From: Squalus acanthias
Lineage: Eukaryota
Assembly: GCA_030390025.1 (NCBI GenBank)
Contig: CM059425.1
Coordinates: 164,054,001 to 164,118,000 of the forward strand
Length of the DNA: 64,000 nucleotides
Direction of reading: 5' to 3'
In this document: one piece after another, positions 25,954-39,057 of the stretch
How positions within the stretch are numbered: the first letter of the stretch is position 1
Layout of the letters: every line of letters starts with the position of its first letter
The notes under the pieces: model-generated
Seen by the model: the letters and a program-made list of their open reading frames with translations, nothing else
Told to the model about the DNA's origin: nothing
The model's database searches: none
Made by a program: the position numbers and the translations under genes

Positions 25954-28407
25954 TTTTCTCTTTGTATCTCTCTGACTCTTCATCTCATTCTTTCTCTCTC
26001 TCTTGACTGGACAAATAGGGAGACATTCCCTTTTACATAAATCTATCTGATCTTCTGATCCAGTCATAGTTGTATGGCAATGGTTGTGAACATTGCTACA
26101 AGAGATTTATTTTGGCAAATATGTACACATATCCACAAATATTACTTTTGCTGACCATAGCTAGTCATGCTGGGGAGTATACTGGCAACTGAGCCATAAA
26201 GGGAGCTCCTACTTTTCCTTTTTAAATTATTTTTTTCCGGGAAGAAATATCCTGAGACATGGATTAAACGTCCTTGCTCACCCATGTTGCTGAGTAAGAT
26301 AGCCTAGCACCATCTTTTCTTGTCACCTGCTCGGGTACTGCCTGTTCTTTTCAGGCTAATAATATAGCTTTTCTGCTTGAGCTTTACATTCGCCATTTTA
26401 TATCAAAACTATTTCAAATGACCGCAACCACTAATCATAACATTTCACCACATTCTCTCCCAGCTTGTTACAGTATTAAGGATACTGCATGCCTTATGCA
26501 ATATGATGCTTTAATTTCATAAAGGAAAAAGGGACTTTTAACACTGAGAGGAGAAGTCCTATATCCAATAATAACATTTTAGAAATCTAGAAACTGATTG
26601 GAAACAGGGATATTTCTAGACTGATAAAATCTGATAGGTACAATGATATTCTAGTGGTTTGATTGGGTTTTCTTTTCTACATCTCTTTACAAAGTTATAC
26701 TTGTTGAAAATCATCATCAGGAAAATGAGTGAAACCACCCCTCAATCAGTGGCTTGATTATTTTATCACATATCTCACAGACTGGTCAAACGTAACATTC
26801 AAGATACTCAATAAAAACAATATAAACTGAATGATGTGCTCATTAAGATAATGGTTGTCGGCGCTGAAATTTGAAACACCTTTCCACTTTTGGTCTCCAG
26901 AGCCAGTATTAAGCGTTCACAGACCAGATACTGCAGGGTGAGAACAGAGTCAAGCTCCTTCTACTTTGGTCCCAAACGTGTCTGAATCTCAACCTGAAAC
27001 ATCCCCCTTCCACCTATTGCTGCAGTGAAACATTTCTATTGCCCACGCCATTGCATTTTTGACTGCTTTAGGTTAGATTGCTTGGATAATATCAGTTAAT
27101 GCCACATAACAGGGAGATTGCTGCTGGTTTCTCAAACCCAGTAATTCGGCACTGACCAATCCATTTCATGTAGGGCTTTTGTAGAGAGAAGAGAGTGGGA
27201 GTTAGAAAACTCTCATCCCACTGGTCTGGGTTGGATTTGACCCCAAGTTCCAGAAGTGAAAGGATAATGTATCAATTCATTGAGTCACCCAGTCCCCAAT
27301 AAATTTTAGCTTCAATAAACAAATACCATACTTGTTATATAAGCAGAAATCCACACATTGGTAGGTAAAAATTGAATTTTATCTCATATGTAAATGACTT
27401 GAAACTCAAATTATGATTCCATTACTTCTGAGTTACAGGATTATTTATGAAGGTTAAAAAGTCACTTCTTAATCATCAACGTGTGGGATTCTCTAGCTGT
27501 TATATTACATGCTTACACCTTTTTTTTTAAAGTGAATAAGACTGCTGGCTCCATTTATTTTTGTATTCAGTGAATTATTCCTCAGTTTCCACCCACTCCC
27601 AAAAGGCTCTTTGTGGCCTACATCAGATGGAATGGTAAGGGTCAGCCAAGCTGTGAACCTGTCCACAACTTAGCCTGTGTCGCTCTGGGTTCAGCCAGTT
27701 CCAGGATCTTGCCTTCATTTAGGTTGACTACTTCATAATCATGAGGCACTCTTTGTTTCGTGAATTAGCTGAGTGGCATTGAAATTCAGCCCATTAGTAA
27801 CAGTAGATGAGAACGACAAACTGCTCTGGGACTAGGATCTATGACCATTTGGTTGGGAAGCCAATGTTGTAAACAACAAAAGTCAGGGCCGAGGCAAATT
27901 AAGCTTACTTTTATGAAAAATATTTTGTGTAAAATTGTGTTTGATTGTCAAGCTTTCCAGATCATCAAATAATTAATTAATCAAGCAACCAGTGCTAAGT
28001 TATCTGCCCATCATTAGCAAAAGAAATCCTTCATTAACAAAAATTCTACAGTATTTACTGTTTTATATTAATAATTTGCTTATAACCTATTAACTGATAA
28101 CATCCCAATGATAGGCTGGATTCTGCTAGACTATATTTTAATAATATCATACTTCAAATCTCTGTATGTGTTCTCAGTGTTTGTGCTCAGGCCCACAGCC
28201 TGCTTGTTAGAGTTGTGAAACATAATCACATGGTACTTGATGGATATTGTGAAAATTATAGACCAACCATAAATAAATAATGAAAATATAATTTAAATTC
28301 TTTGTCAAGATTATTTCTTGTCAAATTAATTTACTTCTTTACACAGAATCACAGGACAAAACAATTAAATACCCTACTTAACACAAAACCTGTCCACATC
28401 CTAATAA

Positions 28408-28770
28408 TTATTGGCTCTCTGCCAGCATCTCTAATAAAGCTTGAAGCAATCTATCATCTCTATGCTTATAAGGTTTGGTGTCATAAAGCTGGTCACTGTA
28501 TTCACTGTCATCTAAGTCTTTCAACTGGGACTGTTTGTTTAATTTTCCAATGGCTTGATACAAGCTCTGAATGGGTACTTTCATATCCTCATGGGATCTA
28601 CTGTTATGGAAAAAGTGCAGAGCGTTATTATCTTGATTTTGTTGGTCGAATGTTTTTTGAGCAGGACTTAAGGCTACTTCTTCTCGAGTGTCTTCCATGT
28701 TCACATCTTCGTTGCTGGTGTTCTCCTTTGTGTATAGATTTGCAGGCTCACCATTCTTGGAAATGTCATC
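28408..28770 (-). CDS. PCSK1: PCSK1 last coding exon (exon 14 equivalent), C-terminal tail with sorting helix and stop codon
   Basis: Ends in [25 protein letters not shown], the PC1/3-specific C-terminus; gttgcag acceptor; TAA at 28410-28408. Confidence 0.95.
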   Translation of the reverse strand, partial: DDISKNGEPANLYTKENTSNEDVNMEDTREEVALSPAQKTFDQQNQDNNALHFFHNSRSHEDMKVPIQSLYQAIGKLNKQSQLKDLDDSEYSDQLYDTKPYKHRDDRLLQALLEMLAESQ

Positions 28771-30115
28771 CTGCAACAGGAAAACGGACAGTGCAAAACA
28801 ATTTCTCTAGTTTCCTTAGATCAGCTTGTAATAGACTAGACAGAAAGATTTGTTTAGTACGCAATAAAAAAAACTTGCATTAATATATTCTTTAACATCC
28901 ACCTGAACTGGCAAGTAGACCCTCCATTTAGCAGCCCCTTAGTATTGCATGGGAGTGCCAACCTAATTAATATCTCCGCAGATGCTGCCTGACCTGCTGA
29001 GTATTTCCAGCATTTTCTGTTTTTATTTACTATCTTCAAGTCCTGGCATGGAACTTGAGCCCACATCTAATTCAGAGGTGAGACACCCACTAACTGAGCT
29101 AAACTGATATATAACTACACGCTACTAGTCATATAAGAGATCATTTTATAAATTTATTAGATGGAAAATCATGGGGTGTGCATGTGCAAATTCCTGATAT
29201 GAACTCCAAGTGGAGTTAAATGCTACAAAAAAAAGCAAATTCATAAAATTACCCCTACTGATTATTAAAAATCTATTGTAGATTTACAGTATTCAATCAC
29301 AATAGCGTAGTTAGAAAGTGCGACATGATTATGCAATGTACAAGATTCTGACTGGATGGGCAACAATCATTCATTCTTAGTGAAGGCTTCAGCGTCAAAC
29401 GATTAATTATAGAGTGCACTTATACCACGTGAATTTCCGTGGGGTTCTCCCACTCTTCTGCCATAACTTTGGAACTGTGGGACTAGAGAATAGGCAACGT
29501 TCAGGCATATGGTATGAGGTAAATTTTATTATCTAGCTATGGCGCCTACCTGTCTGTCCTTAGTTAGCTTACATTTCAGTAATATGTGTAGCACATGTAC
29601 TTCTGGCCAGCATGTTTACATCCTCAGATAGCTAGGACTTCACAGTATCATTCATAATTGTAATACTGGTTCTAAAAATGATCAAATTTAATGTAATATT
29701 AGAATCTCAATGGCTACGTCTGTTCAATGGGACTCTACTGTGAATATTTAGAAGATCAAATTAAATCCCTGTTGGTAATTATGATAGTTTGAGTGCTCAG
29801 TGACCTGTTTCCCTCCAGTGATACTAAAATATTTCATAGAACCATTGAATCTTACAGCACAGAAGGAGGCCATTCGGCCCATCCCTGTGCCGGCTCTATG
29901 AAAGAGCTATCCAATTATTCCCACTCCCCCGCTCTATCCCCATAACAATTCAACAGTTAAATATTTGCCATTGCCATGATTTTGAAGCATCACACTTTTA
30001 TGCCAGAACTTTTCTTATATAAAAAAGTTATTGCCTGCAAATATATTTTAGCCAACAAGGTTACAAAATACTTTATTAAAAGGCTGATCTCATTCTCGGT
30101 AAGAGCTATATTTAC

Positions 30116-30277
30116 CTCTATAAACTCTTCCATTCTCTCCACACCTCTCCTGTCATTCTGAACAGCGTTGTAAGGGATGTATACCCTAGGTTTCCGCATG
30201 TGCTCAGGTTTGGTGGAGGTACCATGTAAAATCAGTTTCCAGTCGATGATTTCCCCTTTGTTTTCGATTCTTCCAGA
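30116..30277 (-). CDS. PCSK1: PCSK1 coding exon (exon 13 equivalent), end of P-domain and RR autocleavage site
   Basis: [54 protein letters not shown]; tctccaag acceptor, gtaaat donor; 162 bp. Confidence 0.95.
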
Positions 30278-30860
30278 CTTGGAGATAAATGTGGAGACAA
30301 TTAAAAAAAAAAGTTACATTTTGAATGTAATAATCAAAAAAATCACTGGCACATGCAACAATTCATGAAATGTAAAGGTCTAGAGCCTGGAAATTCGATA
30401 AAGTCCGAAAACAGGCAGTGCCACCGCGGGCCGAAGTTAACTCCCGCCCATAATAGGAGCGCAGGCAGCACCATTATTGTGGTGCCTGCTGATTTAAAAG
30501 AGCGAAGCACGGAACCTATCGTGCAACGCGTTCTTTCAGGCAGTAAGATCAGCAGGAGGCTGAAGGTCGGGTCTACAGTATTTGTGCGGCGTTATCAGGA
30601 AATTGCGATTTAGGAAAAGGAAGTGCAATGCTTCCGGTTATGTTGCTCATGTTTTTTACCTCACACTTCTCCAGATTGAATTCCATTTGCCACTTATCTT
30701 CCCGCCTAACCAGTCCATTGATATCTTCCTGCAGTCTACAGCTTTCTTCCTCACAATCAACTACATGGCCAATTACTGAGTTCACTAAACTAGTATCGAA
30801 GTATATTAAGGTGTTCAGTGCTCTAAATAACTAATCACAGCAATGAATGACCATACTTAC

Positions 30861-30994
30861 CACATCAGTAATGCTCAGAACCCACGTGCCCACTGGATCC
30901 TCTCCCCACGTATGCACTGACATAAAGGCCCAGTTTTTAAAGCCATTGGGTGAGGAGTCCCTTTCACGCTCTGCCAAGAGCACAGTTTTGGTTC
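30861..30994 (-). CDS. PCSK1: PCSK1 coding exon (exon 12 equivalent), P-domain
   Basis: [44 protein letters not shown]; gaatgcag acceptor, gtaagt donor; 134 bp. Confidence 0.96.
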
Positions 30995-31065
30995 CTGCAT
31001 TCAACAAAAAGAACAAAGCAGAGTTACAGACTCTCTGTTATAGGAATAGGGCCACTAAGGGATGA

Positions 31066-32763
31066 GCAAGAAAAGCTCAGGAGATAATATTGAAATGGCA
31101 GGGATATTGAACAGATACTTTGCCTCAGTTTCACTGAAGAGGCTAACAAAGAGGAAATGACAACATTAAAAGAAGTCCAGAAAGATATACAACAATTAAG
31201 ATAGAATGAAAGGAGCTACTGGACAAACTAGGCAAATTGAAGGTAGACAAAACCCTGGGTCCAGATGGATTGCACCCGCGGATACGCAAAGAAACTAGGG
31301 AGGAGATAGCAGAGACACAAGTGTCCAATATTAAAATTCAATAAAAAAGGAAAGGACTGGATGACAGCAAATATAATTCCTATCTTCAAAAAAGAAGATT
31401 GAACTAATCCAAGGAGCTAAAGACCAGTTAGCTTAATGCCAGTGGTAGAAAAGATACTAGAATAATTGCTAAAAGATCAGATAACAAAAAATCTACAGAT
31501 GAAGAATATAATTTTAAAAAGTCAGCATCGATCCCTAAAATGAAGGTAGTGTTCAACCAACATTATTGAATTCTTTGAAGAAGCAGAAAGAGTAGACGAG
31601 GGCAATGCAGTTGATGTGGTCTACATGGACTTTCAGAAGATCTTTGATGATGCGCCACATAAGAGACTGATAACAAAGGTCAGGGTGTTTGGGTCAGGGG
31701 GCCAGGTAGCAAACTGGATAGAAAAACAGCTACAAAACAGTACACAGATGAGGAGGAGACATTATTTTATGCAGCGAGTTGTTATGATCTGGAATGCACA
31801 GCCTGAAAGGGTGACGAAAGCAGATTCAATAGTGGGCCAAAAATTCGGCCCTTCCCGGGTGAGTACGCGCTCTGTACTCACCCATATTGCTTCCCGAAGT
31901 GCCAGTTTCCTGCATGCACTGCGCATGTGCGGGAAACCGGAACTTCCGGTATGGTGAAGGGGGCGGTTCCTAGGTGAACCGCGTGTGCGGTAGAGGCTGC
32001 GTGCACGCAGCAAACTTAGATTTTTTTTCAGGTTTCTACGCGAGGGTAAGTATTGAAGATACTACGCTAATGAAAAGGAGGCGCAAGACCCGTTTTGAAC
32101 AAGGTAAGTGGTTAATTAAGTATAATTTTAATTTTTTTTCAACAGGTTTATCTTTTTTAGATACTTTAAAGAAAGGTAAGTTTATTTTTATCACTTTTAA
32201 AATGTATTTTAATTTTTTCAAAAATTTAAATTTTTGTTTAAAGTGGTTAATTTATTTAACTATAGTTATTTTATAAATGTAATGGTTTTTTAAAAATTTA
32301 TTTTAAGTTTAGCTGTTCTTTTGGTGCCAATTTCAATTCACAGATTTGACAGGTCCTGTCAAATCTATGAATGAAAGATGGTCTGCTGCCATTGGCTCTC
32401 CATGGCCCACGTGATCCCAGGGGACACATCGCACTAACTGCGCCCCTGGAACACGCACGCACTGCGCGCTGGCAGTTGGGAGAGGCCCAGGACCCGAAGT
32501 TCCTGTGGGCCCAAAACACAACAGCAGGCGCGGTAGGTAAGAGCGCGCGCGATCCTTACCCCCGCGGCAAGCCGGAGAGGCGAATTTCTGGGCCAGTATC
32601 TTTCAAAAGGGAATTCGTTATATACCTAAAAAGGAAAAATTTGCAGGGCTATGGGGAACGAGCGTGAGAGTGGGAATAATTGGATAGCTCTTTTAAAGAT
32701 TTGGCACAAGCATGATGGGCAGAATGGCCTCCTTCTGTGCTGTAAGATTCTATTATTCTATGA
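31066..32763 (+). mobile_element. Degenerate CR1 LINE pieces with a nested MITE
   Basis: GPDGLHP, VYMDFQKIFD and MQRVVMIWNA motifs; ttctattattctatga tail. Confidence 0.8.
31834..32594 (+). mobile_element. Harbinger-type MITE (family A)
   Basis: TIR gggccaaaaattcg / cgaatttctgggcc; 3-bp TSD AGT; near-identical to 47292-48054. Confidence 0.9.
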
Positions 32764-33535
32764 ATATTGCCTGCTGTTTTCTGCAAGAAAGAACATTTCT
32801 GTGCTAGTGTTGGGCTGCCAGCTTAACATCTCAACTCCACAGAAACAATCGGAAATTACCTTTAAGCAGTTAACATTATTAATACTGTGGTGCATTATCT
32901 TTAGTGCATATTTAGTTGTGATGATATTAAAAATCCGTAATGGACTATCTGAGATTTTCACCCAGGTGAATATTTGTCCCTGCCAGGTGATTTTCAAACA
33001 AAATGTATGAAATTATCTTTGTTTCCTGCTCAACTACATGAGGTAGTGGTGTGTATTTAATTACTTGCTTCATTTATAACCACTTGGGATTAGGGTAAGT
33101 AGGATTTTCAAACAAAAGAAAAACTGCTGTCAACTGATTATTTTGCCTTGCCATATTGGAAACTTGTCCAGGAGTATTAGAAGAAGGGAGAAGATGAATT
33201 CAAAATGTGTGCAAGACGTAGGGGACCTAATTATACACTAAGGAATTATAGTGTTAAACATGACTTAAGCAGTGAGTACTTAAACTTGAGTGTTGCTAAC
33301 TTATGGAATTAGCTGTCACCTCATACAGTGAATGTCCACTTAGCTGAAGCATTCAAAGTAGAATTAGATCCAAAAGGCAGCAATTGCCAAGACAAGAGGA
33401 AATGAAAATGGTCTGTGTGAGTCCCAAATATGGACCTAAGTGATAAGGTGAACCAGGTGGGCTGAATAACTTCAACTTGTTCCTCCTTTCCCTTGTTCTA
33501 TTATTTTTTTAAATGCCGTTCACCTATAATATCTT

Positions 33536-33628
33536 CCAGTTCTGAGGAAGGGTTGAACATCCAAAATGTCGACATGTGTTCTTTCGACAGATGCTGCCCG
33601 GCCTGCTGAGTGTTTCCAGCATTTTCAG
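33536..33628 (+). mobile_element. Degenerate Penelope-type terminal repeat with eroded hammerhead core
   Basis: cagttCTGAGGAagg...ccaaaatgtc...cagatgctgcccggcctgctgag; related pieces at 28975-29030 and 40985-41058. Confidence 0.6.
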
Positions 33629-34070
33629 CTAAAATAATGTCTTGGTTTGCATCAAGGGATCGATATTTACTTTTGGCATGGGCAGTAAACTGGTGGCTGT
33701 GGATCAGCTGTCTATTATACTTCCCTCCCTATTATCAGTTCCATTGAAAGGAGAGTTGGACGGGGCTTGTAACAGGCGGCAAACCTGCAACCGCCAGTTT
33801 ACTAGTTAAATTAGCCCCCACCTGCCTCACAAATATGCTTATGCTGCATGTAAACAATAAATGGAATGGTTATAGCAATATTACTGCACAATACAAAGAT
33901 TGTCCATAATGATAGCCGTCAAATTTCAATGTCTGAAAACACATTGGAACTTAACAGTGCAGCAACATGTTTATAAAATGAGGAATAAAAATGGTGAGAG
34001 CTGAATTACACACCTCCAGAGTAAGAGATCCCATAACTACATCAAATCCATTCCCAATAATCCATATTTT

Positions 34071-34522
34071 GAAAGAAAGACTTGCATTTATATAGCGCTT
34101 TTCATGACCACCGGACATCCCAAGGCGCTTTACAGCTAATGAAGTACTTTTGAAGTGTAGTCACTGTTGTAATGTAGGAAACAGGGCAGCCAATTTGTGC
34201 ACAGCAAGCTCCCACAATCAGCAATGTGATAATGACCAGATAATCTGTTTTTGCTATGTTGATTGAGGGATAAATATTGGCCAGGACACTTCCGCTGCTC
34301 TTCTTCGAAATAGTGCCATGGGATCTTTTACGTCCACCTGCAGACGGGGCCTCAGTTTAACATCTCATCCGAAAGACGGCACCTCTGACAGTACAGCGCT
34401 CCTTCAGCACTGTACTGGAGTGTCAGCCTAGATTTTTGTTCTCAAGTCTCTGGAGTGGGACTTGAACCCACAACCTTCTGACTCAGAGAGCGAGAGTGCT
34501 ACCCACTGAGCCACGGCTGACA
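34071..34522 (-). mobile_element. Near full-length DeuSINE (SacSINE1-like)
   Basis: A box TGGCTCAGTGG, B box GGTTCAAGTCC, Deu core, gcgctatataaatgcaagt(cttt)n tail. Confidence 0.85.
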
Positions 34523-34750
34523 CTTTGAATTAAATGTTTATATAGTACCTTTTTTTGGTGAACTTTTGTGCTGATCGAGGTGAGAGATGTCAGTGCTGGG
34601 CAGTGCAGCGCACGACACGTGTGTCAACATGGAGCACACCCAGCTCACAACTAGATGCAGAGAAAATCTCTCTCTATTGAACCCCCTGCAATTTGTCTTA
34701 ACATCAGTTTTAGTAGTGCAACTCCTGCGAAGAGTGCAGAGCTGACTTAC

Positions 34751-34908
34751 CTGCAGGAGATGTGAGAGTGATGTGAAGGTCTCCTCTCCGGGTATATTCA
34801 ATGGTTGCCTCCAGCTGGACATGCTCCAAAGCTTTAATATTATTGTTCTGCCCTTCACAAGCTTTGGTGGGGATTTCAATAGAAATCTCTCCGCCAGCTT
34901 TCAAAGCC
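34751..34908 (-). CDS. PCSK1: PCSK1 coding exon (exon 11 equivalent), P-domain with RRGDL motif
   Basis: [52 protein letters not shown](G); ttttgcag acceptor, gtaagt donor; 158 bp. Confidence 0.96.
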
Positions 34909-35419
34909 CTGCAAAAATGTATTAAATGATTGGCATAAGACAATTATCAACAAATGTGATCCATGATTCACAGTGCATGCAGTCATTTATTTGCTCTGAA
35001 GCATTTTCCAAAGCTGGATTTAGGAGGGAGTCGTGGATACAATTTATTATATGATGTAAGTTAATGAATATGTAAACATGGTTTCTTCATAGCAATTTTT
35101 AAAATTAAAATGCTGTTTTCCCTCATTCAGGATCTGTGGACATAATTCATCTTTTCAGCAGTTGAACTAACACTACCATTATTTGACCTTTTAAAGACCT
35201 GGTAGGAAGTTAAAGGATTATCAGCCCATTTGTTAGATATCTAGTGGCATAAATCGCCACACATTTTTATTTCCAAGTGATTTCAAGCAATTTGTATAAT
35301 TAAAACTGGGAGTTTACAAACACAAAAATGGACTATTTCATAGTTTTAATGCTGTGAAAATACTCCGGAACCCTATATTTTAATAGGTTTATTGGACCAA
35401 TGTTGTTAGTTCACATACT

Positions 35420-38400
35420 GGCCTGGAGTTTCCGCTCAGTTGGCCAAACCAGCACAAAAGATCGAGGAATTTCAAGTGCAAATTATGTCCAGCACAAATC
35501 GAGTTTCCACGATCTTTTCTGTTTGTTTGAAAAACATCGCGCGCTAGAAGCCGGCCCTGCCCACAAAACTGGCCATGCCCCAGATCGAATTAATCATCAT
35601 TGGGACTTTCCACTAATTGGAACATAGGAACATAGGAACAGGAGTAGGCCATTGAGCCCCTCGAGCCTGTTTCACCATTTAATGAGATCATGGCTGATCT
35701 GCAACCTAACTCCATATACCTCCCTTTGGCCCATATCCTTTAATACCTTTGGTTAACAAAAATCTATCAATCTCAGATTTAAAATTAACAATTGATCTGG
35801 CATCAATTGCCGTTTGTGGAAGAGAGTTCCAAACTTCTACCACCCTTTTGTGTGTAGAAGTATTTCCTAATTTCACTCCTGAAAGGTGAGGTTCTAATAT
35901 TTAGACTATGCCCCATAATCCTAGACTCACCAACCAGCGGAAATAGTTTCTCTCTATCTACCCTATCTGTTCCCCTTAATATCTTGAAAACTTCGATCAG
36001 ATCACCTCTTAAACTTCTAAATTCTAGGGAATATAACCCTAATTTGTGTAATCGCTCCTTGTAATTTAACCCTTGAAGTCCGGGTATCATTCTGGTAAAC
36101 CTACACTGCACTTCCTCCAAGGCCAATATATCCTTCCTAAGGTGTGGTGCCCAGAACTGCTCACAGTACTCCAGGTGTGGTCTAACCAGGGCTTTGTACA
36201 GCTGCAGCATAACTTCTGCCCCCTTGTACTCTAGTCCTCTAGATATAAAGGCCAGCATTCCATTAGCCTTTTTGATTATTTCCTGTACCTGTTCGTGACA
36301 TTTTAATGATCTATGTACCTGGACCCCCCAAGTCTCTTTGGACCTCCACTGTTTTTAGCCTTTCACCATTTAGAAGGTACCCCTGTTCTATCCTTTTTAG
36401 GTCCAAAGTGGATGACCTCACATTTGTTTACATTGAAATCCATTTGCCAGTTTTGCCCATTCACTTAATCTATCAATATCCCTTTGTATTTTTATGCTTT
36501 CCTCTACACTGCTTACAATGCCGCCTATCTTTGTGTCATCAGCAAATTTGGATATATGACTTTCTGTGCCATCTTCTAAGTCATTAATAAATACTGTGAA
36601 TAGTTGAGGCCCCAACACAGATCCCTGCGGGACACCACTAGTCACATCCTGCCAATTTGAGTACCTGCCCATGATCCCTACTGCCTGTCTCCTGCCGCTC
36701 AGCCAATTTCCTAACCAGGTCAATAATTTGCCTTCAATTCCATGGGCTTCTACTTTAGTTAACAGTCTCTTATGTGGGACTTTATCAAATGCCTTCTGGA
36801 AGCCCATATAAATTATATCCATAGACATTCTCCTGTCCACTACTTTATTCACCTCCTCAAAAAATTCAATCAGGTTTGTCAGGCATGACCTACCTTTCAC
36901 AAATCCATCCTGGCTCTCTCTGATCAACTGAAAAGTTTTGAGGTGTTCAGTCACCCTATCCTTAATTATAGACTCTAGCAATTTCCCGACATTAGATGTT
37001 AGGCTAACTGGTCTATAAATCCCTGGTTTCCCTCTATCGCCATTCTTAAATAGCGGAGTGACATGTGCAATTTTCCAATCTAAAGGAACGGTTCCTGAAT
37101 CGAGAGAACTTTGGATGATTATAGTTAGGGCATTTGAAATGTGCTCACCTACTTCTTTTAAAACCCTGGGATGGAAACCATCTGGCCCTGGGGATTTGTC
37201 ACTCTTTAGTGCCATTATTTTCTTCACTACTGTTATTTTACTTATATTAATTTTATTGAGCCCCTGTCCCTGATTCCATGTTAGTTTCCTTGGGATTTCT
37301 GGCATGTTATCCTCTTCCTCTACTGTAAATATTGGCGCAAATTATTCAACATGTCCGCCATTTCCTTGATAATATCACTGCTTTCAATTTTTAAGGACCA
37401 ACATTGCTCCTAACTACCCTCTTTTTCCTAATATAATTGTAAAAATTCTTTGTGTTGATTTTGATATCCCTTACAAGTTTCTTTTCAAACTCCCTTTTTG
37501 TAGATCTTACTATCTGTTTTGTGACCCTTTGCTGTTCTTTGTATCTTTCCCATTTGCCAGGATCTATGCCTTTTTTTTGCATTTCTGTATGCTTTTTCTT
37601 TTGCTTTTATGCTTTCCCTTACCTCTTCAGTCATCCATGGCTGTTTTTTTTGGCAAGCAGAGCTCTTGCCCCTCAGGGGTATAAACTGGTTCTGTATCAC
37701 ATTAAATTCTTTTTGAACACCTCCCACTGATCTTCTGTCATTTTACCCATTAACAGATTTGCCCAGTTTACTGTGGACAGTCTCTGTCTCATCCTGTTGA
37801 AGTCGGCCTTACCCAAATCTAGAATCTTAGTAGCTGTTCCGCGTTTCTCCCTTTCAAATGCTACGTTGAACTCGATCATGTTATGATCGCTATTGGATAA
37901 ATGTTCATGCACCGTTAGGCTGTTAACTAAATTTGGCTCATTACTCATTACTAAATCTAATATGGCCTGCCCCCTTGTTGCTTCTAGGACATATTGTTGT
38001 AGAAAACTATCCCGGACTCACTCAAGAAATTCACTACCTTTCTGATAGGTCTTATCCCAATCTATATGAAAGTTAAAATCCCCCATTAAAACCACTCTAC
38101 CTTTGCTACATGCTTGTATAATCTCTGCATTTATACAATCTAGCACTTCACCAGCTGCTACCAGGGGGCCGATACACAACTCTCACTACAGTCTTAAATC
38201 CTTTCCTATTTCTTAATTCTACCCATAAAGTCTCCACTGCCTGCTTGACTCTCATTATATCCTCTCTTATCATTGGAGTGATTTCATCCTTAATCACTAA
38301 TGTTACTCCACCCTCCTGCTATTTTCCCTATCTTTCCTGCAGACCTTATGACCTGGTATATTTAGTTCCCAGTCCTGACCGTCTTGCAGCCATATCTCAG

Positions 38401-39057
38401 TAATGGCTACCATGTCATACCCTCCAATTTGAATTCGCGCCTGCAGTTTATTCAATTTATTCCTTATACTCTGTGCGTTTGTATAAAGAATGCTTATTTG
38501 GACCACACACCCTAGCCTGTCCTTCAGCTCTAATGTTTTAACGTTTGTGGGCCTTTGAGGAGGCTCTTAAAATTAGGTTTGTTTTTAGGTGTAAGGACCT
38601 CTAATAGGAACGTTTTAAAAGCTTTTAAATATTTTTAAAATTTACTAAAAAACTGACTACTGTACACCAATGAAACTAGTAAATGGTTCTGTATAGTTTT
38701 TTTTTAAGTCATTTTCAGTTATTTAAAATTGGGTTACTCACAGGTGGTGGACTAGACACTCTGATTAAAATGCTTATTTTTTGTGATAAACCCATTTTCA
38801 TCTGTATTAATAAAACTGCACCAGGTTACCACTCTTAAATATATCAATGACTATTTTTTAATGCAAAAATTTAAAAAAAAATTATATTCTAAAGCACCGC
38901 CCGATTGTGCTGGTTCGCGGCAGATTTTATGTTTGCCAATATGCAAATGAGTTTGAGCGGAAACTTGAGCAAAAAAACTACTTCTTAAAACTAGTACAAG
39001 TTTGAGCGCAATTTGTGCCTGGATCGCCGATTGCGCCCAAGGCGGAAACTCTTGGCC
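35420..39057. mobile_element. Harbinger-type MITE (family B) split by a CR1 insertion
   Basis: TIR ggcctggagtttccgc / gcggaaactcttggcc; its halves match 52530-53240 in inverted orientation. Confidence 0.8.
35621..38535 (-). mobile_element. CR1 LINE with most of ORF2 (APE endonuclease + RT), frameshifted
   Basis: LYTNAQSIRNK, DMVAITEIW, SDHNMIEF, SPGPDG, GVPQGSVLGP, KFADD; (cctatgtt)n tail. Confidence 0.95.

Noticed and set aside
28302..28883. 193-aa plus-strand ORF antisense to the last PCSK1 exon
   Set aside because: No recognisable domain, starts at a non-ATG codon, and is most simply a shadow ORF.
34440..34522. tRNA gene
   Set aside because: The A and B boxes belong to a SINE head and continue into the Deu domain; no complete cloverleaf is evident.
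35803..38506. Possibly active CR1 ORF2
   Set aside because: Split into several ORFs by frameshifts and stops, and 5' truncated.
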